From: Candidatus Oxydemutatoraceae bacterium
Lineage (GTDB): Bacteria > Pseudomonadota > Gammaproteobacteria > Poriferisulfidales > Oxydemutatoraceae
Length of the DNA stretch: 64,000 nucleotides
NCBI GenBank assembly: GCA_965219575.1
Contig: OZ244779.1
Coordinates: forward strand, 2,124,769 to 2,188,768
Reading direction: 5' to 3'
Translations under genes and position numbers: made by a program
Shown: one piece after another, positions 55,116-63,754 of the stretch
How positions within the stretch are numbered: the first letter of the stretch is position 1
Layout: every line of letters begins with the position of its first letter
The notes under the pieces: model-generated
Databases searched by the model: none
Told to the model about the DNA's origin: nothing
Seen by the model: only the letters and a program-made list of their open reading frames with translations

Positions 55116-56426
55116 ATGAACGAAGGAACTTACTCTATGTCAGACAAAGAAATAGAACGCCACCATGTCCTCAAGCGATGCTTGGAGGAAAAATTACCGA
55201 GAGCCAAGGCCGCACAGATGCTCAACATCAGCGTCCGCCATGTGAAGCGATTATTAAGTGCCTATCGCAAGCAAGATATCAAGGCACTGATATCTAAACG
55301 ACGCGGTAAGCCTTCAAACAATAAAATACCGGAGACAATCAAACAACTAGCCGTTAAGCTCATTCGTGAGAACTATCACGATTTCGGACCGACTTTTGCA
55401 CATGAGCAGTTGTTTGAATGTCATGGGCATTTATTTGACCGCTCATTCAGCGTTGAAACCTTGCGCAAGTGGATGATTGCAGAGGGGCTACACCAGGGTA
55501 AGCGACGCAATGCAATCAAAACGCATCAAAGCCGTCCCAGACAAACTGGCTTCGGCAAACTCATACAGATTGACGGTTCGACCCACGATTGGTTTGAAGG
55601 GCGAGGCGACCCCTGCACGCTCATTATATTTATTGACGATGCCACCTCACAGATTACCGCATTGCATTTCTGTGCTGCCGAGACCACCTTTGATTATATG
55701 CGAACACTCAAACAGCATATCCAACGCCATGGCTGCCCGTTGTGCCTGTATTCCGACCGCCATAGCATCTTTAGCAACAATGCCAAAGAGCAACACATCT
55801 TTCAACAACCGACCCAGTTCCAAAGTGCTTTGCAACAAATGGAAATTGAACTATGCCTGGCACGCACACCGCAAGCTAAAGGACGCGTTGAACGCGCATT
55901 CAAAACCCTGCAAGACCGATGGGTCAAACTCATGAGGCTTCACAACATCTGCTCTATTGAGGAAGCTAACCAGTTTGCTCAATGGTATCTCCCAAAACAC
56001 AATCAGCAGTTCGCCACGAAGCCTCTAGACAGCCACGACTATCATCGCAAAATGCCTCTCACCCAGCGAGAATTAGCACTGGCTTTGTCTAAACAGAGTA
56101 CTAGAAAGTTATCGAAAAACCTCATCTGTCAGCATCATAATATACAGTATCTTATCAAAACCAAGAAACCCGGTTATGCGATGCGTGGCGCATCGGTCAC
56201 CGTGTGCGAGCTACTCAATGGCGAGATTGTCATACTCTACAAAGGGCGGGAGTTGGCGCATGATATCTACTGCGAACACCCCCCACTGTCTCAACCGTAC
56301 AACGACAAAACAATCAATCTAGCGGTAGATGAGATTGTGGCAAAACACCGTCGCGGTCATAAGCCGAAGCCGACCCACCCGTGGAGACGCTACAATAAGG
56401 ATTATCTCAGTGCCAAGCAGAAGTAA
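55116..56426 (+). CDS. DDE transposase (ISNCY/IS1202 type)
   Basis: N-terminal HTH, DFGPT, SVETLRKWM, QIDGSTHDWFE, IDDAT, YSDRHSIF, PQAKGRVER, HPWR. Confidence 0.93.
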   Translation: MNEGTYSMSDKEIERHHVLKRCLEEKLPRAKAAQMLNISVRHVKRLLSAYRKQDIKALISKRRGKPSNNKIPETIKQLAVKLIRENYHDFGPTFAHEQLFECHGHLFDRSFSVETLRKWMIAEGLHQGKRRNAIKTHQSRPRQTGFGKLIQIDGSTHDWFEGRGDPCTLIIFIDDATSQITALHFCAAETTFDYMRTLKQHIQRHGCPLCLYSDRHSIFSNNAKEQHIFQQPTQFQSALQQMEIELCLARTPQAKGRVERAFKTLQDRWVKLMRLHNICSIEEANQFAQWYLPKHNQQFATKPLDSHDYHRKMPLTQRELALALSKQSTRKLSKNLICQHHNIQYLIKTKKPGYAMRGASVTVCELLNGEIVILYKGRELAHDIYCEHPPLSQPYNDKTINLAVDEIVAKHRRGHKPKPTHPWRRYNKDYLSAKQK

Positions 56427-56522
56427 TCAGAACCGGTGTTTTCCCAGACTTACGCACAGGCTGTCTAACATGCCTGTGCCACTGCAAACGCATCATTCGT
56501 CAAACCACGAGATAGCAACCGA

Positions 56523-56789
56523 GCACCACACACGCTCTAAAATGCTTGGGAATTGGAAGGTAGTAGAGTTCATCTCAACTAGAGATCGTCTCTTAACGGC
56601 ACGCTATAGAGCTTGTTTTTTAGTCGGCAAGCCTGATTTAGGCAAAAACAAGCACTGGCACCGCATACGCTCTAAAATGCTTGGAAATTGGAAGGTAGTA
56701 GAGTTCATCTCAACTAGAGATCGTCTCTTAACGGCACGCTATGGGGCTTGTTTTTTAGTCGGCAAGCCTGATTTAGGCAAAAACAAGCA
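56523..56789. repeat. Two tandem 135-bp hairpin-rich units inside the IS 3' region
   Basis: Units start at 56523 and 56658 and differ at about five positions; each has a GCTTGTTTTT...AAAAACAAGC stem and an AGAGATCGTCTCT hairpin. Confidence 0.92.
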
Positions 56790-56950
56790 GTATTAGCCAA
56801 TTTATCACCTAGTCGAATAATCAACTAACGGACATAAAGTAATCTTAGATATCTAGTTTCCTGAAGGTTTTATCGGCATCAAGGGTGACATTTCTACTTT
56901 GGTCAAGGGGGTGACATTTCTACTTTGGGTTGACACAAAAAACTACTCTT

Positions 56951-56974
56951 TGTAAGCACAAAGTAGAAATGTCA
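56951..56974 (+). mobile_element. Vestigial second left end of the IS1202-family element
   Basis: TGTAAGCACAAAGTAGAAATGTCA vs IRL TGTAAGCGCAAAGTAGTAATGTCA (22/24). Confidence 0.75.
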
Positions 56975-57123
56975 AGCTGTTGAAAAAGTATCCACGAACT
57001 GTAGGACGGTACATTCCCCTCCTTTGGAGGGGTGGCAGGCGCAGCCTGACGGGGTGGTCGCTGGGGTTTTGCACAATGTTACGCCGATTGACCTATCGGG
57101 CAGACATATCAGTCTGCCCCTAC
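56975..57123. repeat. Mosaic repeat cluster 6
   Basis: GCTGTTGAAAAAGTATCC end, CCCCTCCTTTGGAGGGG hairpin, GCCGATTGACC, and a GTAG-REP hairpin at 57098-57123 (minus strand). Confidence 0.8.
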
Positions 57124-57143
57124 AAGCTCATTCGGCGGCTCTC

Positions 57144-57782
57144 TTATTCTACAAATAACCAGGGTGCGCTTTTCTTGCGTTTTGCTTCGAAGGCGCGGAT
57201 TTTGTCGGCATGCTTTAAGGTTAAGGCGATTTGGTCTAATCCTTCCAACAAGCAGTGTTTGTCAAAATCGGTAATGTCAAAATGCCATTGCGATTGTGTG
57301 TCGTTGACGGTTTGGTTGTAGAGATTTATCGTCAGACGATAATTGGGATCGCTTGTCGTATTTTTGAACAAGGTTGTGATTGCGTCGGTATCTAATACCA
57401 CGGGCAGAAAGCCGTTTTTGATTGCGTTGTTATAGAAAATATCGGCAAAACCGGGAGCAACGGCTACTTTTAGCCCGTAGTCCATCATCGCCCAAACTGC
57501 GTGTTCGCGTGAGGAACCACAACCGAAGTTGGCACCGGTCAATAGGACTTGAGCTTGCTTATAGTGAGGATCGTTGAATATGCAGTCGGGGTTGCGGCGT
57601 CTTGTTGCGTTATCTAGTGTTAGATCGCCGGGGTCTAGGTACCGCCAATCGTCAAATAGGTAGGGACCTAAACCGGTGCGTTTGACCGATTTTAAGTATT
57701 GCTTGGGAATGATGACATCGGTATCTACATTGGTTCGGTCCAGCGGTATCACGATGCTTTCAATACGCTCGAATTTCTGCAT
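57144..57782 (-). CDS. leuD: 3-isopropylmalate dehydratase small subunit
   Basis: NVDTDVIIPKQYL, NFGCGSSREHA; start ATG 57782 (TAATG overlap with leuC). Confidence 0.97.
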   Translation of the reverse strand: MQKFERIESIVIPLDRTNVDTDVIIPKQYLKSVKRTGLGPYLFDDWRYLDPGDLTLDNATRRRNPDCIFNDPHYKQAQVLLTGANFGCGSSREHAVWAMMDYGLKVAVAPGFADIFYNNAIKNGFLPVVLDTDAITTLFKNTTSDPNYRLTINLYNQTVNDTQSQWHFDITDFDKHCLLEGLDQIALTLKHADKIRAFEAKRKKSAPWLFVE

Positions 57783-59194
57783 TAGTCTATATCCCAATCG
57801 CGTATGTCGGTAAAATGCCCTTCGATAGCCGCCGCCGCCGCCATCGCCGGGCTGACCAGGTGGGTGCGACCCCCTTGACCTTGACGACCTTCAAAGTTGC
57901 GGTTGGAAGTAGAAGCGCACCGCTCTCCGCGATCGAGGCGGTCGTCGTTCATGCCTAAACACATCGAACAGCCCGGCTCGCGCCACTCAAAGCCGGCGCG
58001 TGTGAAAATAGCATCCAGACCCTCCTCCTCGGCTTGGTGTTTGACCAAACCCGATCCCGGAACGACGATTGCTTGTTTGATATTGCCGGCAAGTTTCTTA
58101 CCGTTGACGACTTGCGCAACAATGCGCAAATCCTCAATTCTGGAATTCGTACACGAACCTATAAATATCTTATCCAGCTTGATGTCTTGCATTGCGGTGC
58201 CGGGGTGCAAATCCATATAAGCCAATGCTTGTTGCCAATTCTTCGCTTTATTCGGGTCACTTTGTTCACTCGGATCCGGGACTGCATCGTTGACCGGAAC
58301 CACCATTTCCGGCGATGTCCCCCAAGTCACCTGGGGCGGCACGGTGCTTGCGTCTATCGCGTGTTCGGTATCGAACATCGCATCGTCGTCGGAGTGCAGC
58401 GTTGCCCAACTATCGAGTGCTCGTTCCCATAATGCGCCTTGCGGTGCAAACGGGCGGTCTTTGAGATAAGCCTCGGTACAACGGTCAAAGGCAATCAAGC
58501 CGGCGCGCGCACCGGCTTCTATCGTCATATTACAAATCGTCATACGACCTTCCATCGATAAGTTGTCGATCACATCACCGCTGTATTCGATTGCATAACC
58601 GCTACCACCGGCAGTGCCGATGCGACCGATAATAGCCAATATCAAGTCTTTAGAATTGATGCCCATAGCTAAAGCACCCTCTATATTGATACGCATATTC
58701 TTGAGCTTGGCGGTTTTCAAGCACTGGGTTGCAAATACATGTTCAACATCGGAAGTGCCTATGCCCATTGCCAATGTCGCAAAAGCCCCGTGCGTTGAAG
58801 TATGCGAATCACCGCAAACGATTGTCATTCCCGGTAGCGTGGCACCCTGCTCGGGACCGATTACATGGACGATGCCTTGGCGCATATCACCAAGTGGATA
58901 ATACTTGAGACCGTGCTTGGTGCAATTTTGTGCAAGCGTCTCCAACTGTAAACGAGAAATCGGATCTGCGATAGCGGCGTGCTGGTTGCGGGTCGGTACA
59001 TTATGATCCGGCACTGCGATAATCGCATCCTTGCGCCACAAACTGCGATTAGACAGTGCCAAACCTTCAAACGCTTGAGGCGATGTCACCTCGTGCACCA
59101 GATGTCTATCTATGTAGATCAAGGCATTGCCGGCGGCATCTTCCAAAACCAAGTGGTCCTGCCATAGTTTGTCGTAAAGCGTTATTCCTGCCAT
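57782..59194 (-). CDS. leuC: 3-isopropylmalate dehydratase large subunit
   Basis: [42 protein letters not shown]. Confidence 0.98.
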   Translation of the reverse strand: MAGITLYDKLWQDHLVLEDAAGNALIYIDRHLVHEVTSPQAFEGLALSNRSLWRKDAIIAVPDHNVPTRNQHAAIADPISRLQLETLAQNCTKHGLKYYPLGDMRQGIVHVIGPEQGATLPGMTIVCGDSHTSTHGAFATLAMGIGTSDVEHVFATQCLKTAKLKNMRINIEGALAMGINSKDLILAIIGRIGTAGGSGYAIEYSGDVIDNLSMEGRMTICNMTIEAGARAGLIAFDRCTEAYLKDRPFAPQGALWERALDSWATLHSDDDAMFDTEHAIDASTVPPQVTWGTSPEMVVPVNDAVPDPSEQSDPNKAKNWQQALAYMDLHPGTAMQDIKLDKIFIGSCTNSRIEDLRIVAQVVNGKKLAGNIKQAIVVPGSGLVKHQAEEEGLDAIFTRAGFEWREPGCSMCLGMNDDRLDRGERCASTSNRNFEGRQGQGGRTHLVSPAMAAAAAIEGHFTDIRDWDID

Positions 59195-59259
59195 CGTGTT
59201 AATCTTTATGAGAGAAGGGTTAGGTGCATGCGCACCACAATAAATTATACGGCTAACGG

Positions 59260-59661
59260 TTAATTTTTAGCCCGATCCATAATGGCTTGTGTCGTAATTA
59301 GTATAATACCTGCCAGCCCAATGCCTATGCTTGAATAGCTATGTCCTTCTAATGCGAGATAACCGGCAACCAATATACCGAGTACCCCTATGAAAAATGC
59401 CATATACTGACCGCGACATCTCTCCCGACTGACAACTTTTAAGGTCTCTTTGTCTATTTCGTATGCGTGGTTGTGCGCGTTCTCGGCCATTTTTATAATG
59501 CGCTCCGCGGAACCGGGTATATACTCCTCATATTTAGCTAGCTAATCGGGAGACGGTAGCGGCCCCTGATGAATCTGTCCAATTAGTTGCGGAGAGGAAG
59601 ATACACTTTTATTGTCGTGAACTTGCGCTATGTTCTTTTTCTTTTTGCTCTTGCTGCTCAT
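59260..59661 (-). pseudogene. DUF2335-like membrane protein gene with an in-frame TAG
   Basis: From ATG 59661: MSSKSKKKKNIAQVHDNKSVSSSPQLIGQIHQGPLPSPD*LAKYEEYIPGSAERIIKMAE...RGQ then two TM helices; TAG at 59542-59544. Confidence 0.75.
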
Positions 59662-59827
59662 AGTCCCCTATCGCATCGTGGAGTGCACGCCCTACGGAAT
59701 TCCATACTAAATAATGTATTTCCTCGGCACTCTTGGGGCGAGGATATGCTCTCGGTATTATTAGAGACTTTGCTCCTTTAGCCATCAATTTTATATTCAT
59801 TTGCATCAAGTATCCTGGATAAGTCAA
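59609..59827 (-). CDS. Small hypothetical protein, probable partner of the DUF2335 gene
   Basis: WNSVGRALHDAI motif, overlaps the DUF2335 start; exact start codon uncertain. Confidence 0.55.
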   Translation of the reverse strand: MTYPGYLMQMNIKLMAKGAKSLIIPRAYPRPKSAEEIHYLVWNSVGRALHDAIGDYEQQEQKEKEHSASSRQ

Positions 59828-59912
59828 AGTTGATGATTATTATATCTTAAAAATAAAGAAAAGTCTGCCGATTGAGTCGGTAGTTCAGCACATTGGGATA
59901 GTCCGCTCGTTC

Positions 59913-60128
59913 TCAATGGGCATCGGGATTATAAAAAGCTGCTTTTATTGATTTTTTCTTAGGCCAAAAAGTCATATCGGGGTGTTTTTGGTGCAGTTCT
60001 TCCACACGTTTTTTAGCCTCGCCGAAGGTCATCTCTTCATCGTAATAGCCGGATTCAAACTTATATTTATATCTCCAGCCTATCACGAAACCGGGTTCGT
60101 CATTTTTATGATGTAGGGTATCCTCCAT
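59913..60128 (-). CDS. Small hypothetical protein (71 aa)
   Basis: GGAG Shine-Dalgarno upstream, protein-like composition, co-oriented with the operon. Confidence 0.7.
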   Translation of the reverse strand: MEDTLHHKNDEPGFVIGWRYKYKFESGYYDEEMTFGEAKKRVEELHQKHPDMTFWPKKKSIKAAFYNPDAH

Positions 60129-60195
60129 TTTTATACTCCGTTATCCTTATTGCTTCGATTCAAATTGATACATTTTGATACATTTGTTCGGCGTT

Positions 60196-60600
60196 TTATT
60201 TTTTGCGCCGCACTTTGTGCGACTCGATGTCGGTTTTTACCTGCTCGCAAGGTATACTCTCAATTCCACCGTATTGTGCGTACAACTGCGTGAGCAACGA
60301 TGAAATGTCTACGATATTCTGCCGTGTATCGCCGAGCAGTCTTTGTAAACCTAAAAGACCGCCGTATTGCACCTTAATATAGAGACTTTGTGGTACTTTC
60401 GCTATATCGTCTTTGACACCGAAAGCATCCAAACCGACTTGCTTCAGATGTTCGTAGAGTTCGCAGCAATGCCGACTGGCAGAGTCCGATTGGCAAACAA
60501 CTGCCGCACCGTTGCGTTGTGTCACTTCAACTCCCAAGGTGCAAGCGAAATCGTTCTTGATTTGAGGCACCTGAAAGGGGCATTTATGCTCTTCCATCAA
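60196..60600 (-). CDS. Cys-containing hypothetical protein
   Basis: Start overlaps the bamC stop; CPF, KVQYGGLLGLQ motifs. Confidence 0.7.
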   Translation of the reverse strand: MMEEHKCPFQVPQIKNDFACTLGVEVTQRNGAAVVCQSDSASRHCCELYEHLKQVGLDAFGVKDDIAKVPQSLYIKVQYGGLLGLQRLLGDTRQNIVDISSLLTQLYAQYGGIESIPCEQVKTDIESHKVRRKK

Positions 60601-61640
60601 GACCCCAAAGTCGGTTGATACGCCATCACAACCCGTTGTAATACGCGTTGAGCGAGGGCATAAGGTATTTTTTGTCGGTCTCTATTCGGATGTACGGTCA
60701 CGATCGTGCGGTTGTCGCTACCTAGAACATGCAACTGTACTAAAGCTCTATCGATGTCGATATTATCTATCGTGTCGTTACGGTCGGCAGGCGTTGTCCG
60801 ATATTCGATCAAATAGATGCCGCGACTACGATCGCTTGCGCGCACATTCATCCCCGAGCGTCTCAGTGCCACATTTAGGCGCCGCCATACTTTGCTAAAC
60901 GATTGCCCTATTTCAAGAATCGCCGCCCCTTGCGCATTGCGAATACGAAGCAATGTTTTGATATCGTCTAAGGATGCCATTTGAGGATTAGCTATTTCCC
61001 TATTACGCGCAAGATAGTCCTTAAACTTAAACAAAAGCAATCTTTCCAAATACGGATCGGGCGGCAGCATCCGCCATGTGCTGCCTACATAGCCCGCTTC
61101 GAGTACCGAAAAGAAGACATTGGTGATTGCGTTGGGTTCGCGCTCCAGATTAACTCGTAGTTGATTGCGCACTCTGATTAAACCACCGCGTTTATGGTCT
61201 ACGTTTAATTGACGTTCTCGCCAAGTGGTTTCCATATTGCCGGCAGTAGGATCACTTGCGCTCAGCTCGAATCCACTGCGCTGCAGGAAGCTCTGTAATT
61301 CGGGCCATAGGGTCACCGGATCTACATCCACCGATAGCCATACCACATCGCCTTCGCGCCGAATGCGTAAATCCAAGCGCTCGGGCAATACATAGCTGTC
61401 AAAAGCCATATCGGACATGCTGATATTATCGCTACCCGGCAGACCTAGGTTCTTTGAAGCATCCAACGAAGCCAAATCGGGTGGCACCTCCAGAGAATCG
61501 TTATCCTCTCCCATATAAACCCCCTCACCTAAGCCCGGCAAACCGAACTCTATATCATCCATAAAAGAGTAGCTGTCGAATGAACAAGCACTCAAAAGTA
61601 AACAACAACAAACGATCAATACGCAGTTCTTAATTCCCAT
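60597..61640 (-). CDS. bamC: Outer membrane protein assembly lipoprotein BamC (NlpB/DapX family)
   Basis: Lipobox LSAC, LEVPPDL, GNMETTW, DRSRGIY; directly downstream of dapA. Confidence 0.85.
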   Translation of the reverse strand: MGIKNCVLIVCCCLLLSACSFDSYSFMDDIEFGLPGLGEGVYMGEDNDSLEVPPDLASLDASKNLGLPGSDNISMSDMAFDSYVLPERLDLRIRREGDVVWLSVDVDPVTLWPELQSFLQRSGFELSASDPTAGNMETTWRERQLNVDHKRGGLIRVRNQLRVNLEREPNAITNVFFSVLEAGYVGSTWRMLPPDPYLERLLLFKFKDYLARNREIANPQMASLDDIKTLLRIRNAQGAAILEIGQSFSKVWRRLNVALRRSGMNVRASDRSRGIYLIEYRTTPADRNDTIDNIDIDRALVQLHVLGSDNRTIVTVHPNRDRQKIPYALAQRVLQRVVMAYQPTLGS

Positions 61641-62518
61641 TATTCAATACCTGCGTGCTTCATTGCGTCGCTTAGTGCCTTATGGTGCACCTCCGACAAA
61701 GTGGTCAGCGGTAGACGTATCCTCTCGGAGATTAAGCCCATCCGTGTCAATGCCCACTTAACGGGAATGGGGTTTGATTCAAGAAATAGTGCTTTGTGCA
61801 GAGGTTGTAAAACTCGGTCTATCTCCTCGGCACGCTCGCGATCACCCGCTAAGGCAGCTTCGCATAATCGGTGCATCAACGCCGGTGCCACATTGGCGGT
61901 CACCGAAATGACACCCTCGGCACCCCGCAATATCGCCTCCGCCGCAAGTGCGTCTTCACCGCTATAGATTGCGAACTCGTTGTCACATAAATGACGAATC
62001 TCTTGCATACGATCCAACGACACGGTCTCTTTGATGCCGACGATGCCGTCGATTTCGGACAAACGCTTGACGGTTTCGGGGAGCATGTCGCATGCGGTCC
62101 TACCGGGAATATTATAGAGTATCAGAGGAATTTGAACTGTGGCGGCGATCATTTCAAAGTGTTGATAAAGTCCCTCTTGAGTCGGTTTGTTGTAATAGGG
62201 TGTTACCAACAGACAGGCATCGGCACCGTCTTGCTCGGCGGATAAAGTGAGTGCCGCAGCTTCGGCGGAGGAATTGGAACCGGTGCCGGCGATTATCGGC
62301 ACACGATTTCGCGCATGCTTAACCGCAATGCGTATGACTTTGCAGTGATCTTTATAATTCATTGTAGCCGACTCACCGGTAGTGCCGGCTACCACGATCG
62401 CATCGGTTCCGTTTTGTATATGAAACTCTATTAAATTCTTAAACGACTGATAATCTATGTCGCCCTCTACCATCGGGCTTACAATCGCAACCATACTGCC
62501 TTGAAATTTTATCGTCAC
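61640..62518 (-). CDS. dapA: 4-hydroxy-tetrahydrodipicolinate synthase
   Basis: GTTGES, TPYYNKP, LYNIPGRT, GIKE, ESNPIPVK. Confidence 0.97.
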   Translation of the reverse strand: MTIKFQGSMVAIVSPMVEGDIDYQSFKNLIEFHIQNGTDAIVVAGTTGESATMNYKDHCKVIRIAVKHARNRVPIIAGTGSNSSAEAAALTLSAEQDGADACLLVTPYYNKPTQEGLYQHFEMIAATVQIPLILYNIPGRTACDMLPETVKRLSEIDGIVGIKETVSLDRMQEIRHLCDNEFAIYSGEDALAAEAILRGAEGVISVTANVAPALMHRLCEAALAGDRERAEEIDRVLQPLHKALFLESNPIPVKWALTRMGLISERIRLPLTTLSEVHHKALSDAMKHAGIE

Positions 62519-62633
62519 TGCTCCTTAAATCTATCAATTTCTAAATGGGAATTTGTCTTACAATTTTATCACCCGTTAAGGCAACTTAAGGCAACCTTTA
62601 GTTCCTATTATACTGCTATTTATACCGACATAG

Positions 62634-63749
62634 TTACGGCGGACCGATTAAAAATAAGTACTCTCTATGCTCGGCGTTATCGTTCACCCATTCTTTAGAC
62701 CAACACATATCCGCCATCACGTTTCTTTTGTAGTTCACTTCGACAAACTCTAGTAAGGTACCTATCCCGTCGATTATATTAGCGAGTTCTTTTTTTGTGG
62801 TTCTACCGCCGGAGCTGTAAGACAATAGAATATAGCGAGCTTTCGTTCTTTTGATGAGTTCGTTTAATGCTTTCATCGCTATATATTGACCGTCTTTATC
62901 TTTTCTGAATTCCTCGAATACCGATGCACATTGCAAATCCCTACTATCGGTTCTCCGATTGACTTTGCCGAAGACATCGGGCTTATCGTGTTTGATAATC
63001 GTCGTCCATATATGATAGTAAGCGGCATATCTGACCCGGCTCGGAGGCATTTTCTCGTTATTCGAACCATAAGGCGGATCAAAATACGCAAAATCAAACT
63101 GATGGCTTTTTACGACATCGAAAATATCACCGCGCATGACCCGATGTTCGCCGCGATGCTTAAATCTTTTAGGCAACCTTAGCAACAAATCCCGATACGA
63201 GCGCGGCGACCATTTTGATAAGTACGACACATAATGCCCCAAGGTACTGTCGACGGTATCGAGCGCATAAATTAAACTCGTCAAAATCACACATTTGTCT
63301 TCCCACGCCAAGTTTAACTTTTCAATTTCATCACGGACGGCATCTAATTTTCGGGTGTTTTTTACCTGAAAAGGCCTTTTGACACTGATTGATTCACCCC
63401 CGTATCTCTCGGTATACCAGCCATCATAGCCTCTTAAGTTATTCAAATGGTCTAATATCTCTTGATAAAAAGCATCGTCTTTCTTCGATTGAAGATAGCA
63501 AACGGCAAAGACTTCCGACCATACCGCAATATCGTTTGCGGTTACTTGATAGCCCAGTTGTGCAAACGCTTGAGAAACTCTAGTTGAGCCGCTAAAACCA
63601 TCCAAAACTTTATTAACCCCGGCCAACTTAGAACTTAGGTTGAGTATATAAGGGAGAATTTTTAACTTTGAACCTACATACTTTATTCCCTCGGTACGCG
63701 GTATGGACAAAGGAGAAGTGTTGAGGAGATCTAGCTGCCGAGCAATCAT
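62634..63749 (-). CDS. DNA adenine methyltransferase (D12-class-like)
   Basis: KYVGSKLK, DGFSGS SAM-binding motif, DPPY catalytic motif, LSYS; probable native start ATG 63749, but the frame stays open to 63875 inside the MITE. Confidence 0.88.
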   Translation of the reverse strand: MIARQLDLLNTSPLSIPRTEGIKYVGSKLKILPYILNLSSKLAGVNKVLDGFSGSTRVSQAFAQLGYQVTANDIAVWSEVFAVCYLQSKKDDAFYQEILDHLNNLRGYDGWYTERYGGESISVKRPFQVKNTRKLDAVRDEIEKLNLAWEDKCVILTSLIYALDTVDSTLGHYVSYLSKWSPRSYRDLLLRLPKRFKHRGEHRVMRGDIFDVVKSHQFDFAYFDPPYGSNNEKMPPSRVRYAAYYHIWTTIIKHDKPDVFGKVNRRTDSRDLQCASVFEEFRKDKDGQYIAMKALNELIKRTKARYILLSYSSGGRTTKKELANIIDGIGTLLEFVEVNYKRNVMADMCWSKEWVNDNAEHREYLFLIGPP

Positions 63750-63754
63750 CTTGG

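Larger units (their letters stand above)
55019..56935 (+). mobile_element. IS1202-family (ISNCY-type) insertion sequence, 1917 bp, 17-bp target duplication
   Basis: TGT...ACA ends, two CAAAGTAG(A/T)AATGTCAC motifs at each end; CAAAAAACTACTCTTTG duplicated at 55002-55018 and 56936-56952. Confidence 0.9.

Noticed and set aside
56523-56789. CRISPR array or guide RNA matching the IS target
   Set aside because: Only two long near-identical units, no unique spacers and no cas genes; similarity to the target is limited to a low-complexity A6C run.
59865-59885. Intrinsic terminator after the 71-aa gene
   Set aside because: The stem has a mismatch on the transcribed strand and resembles a degenerate module-B repeat; support is too weak.
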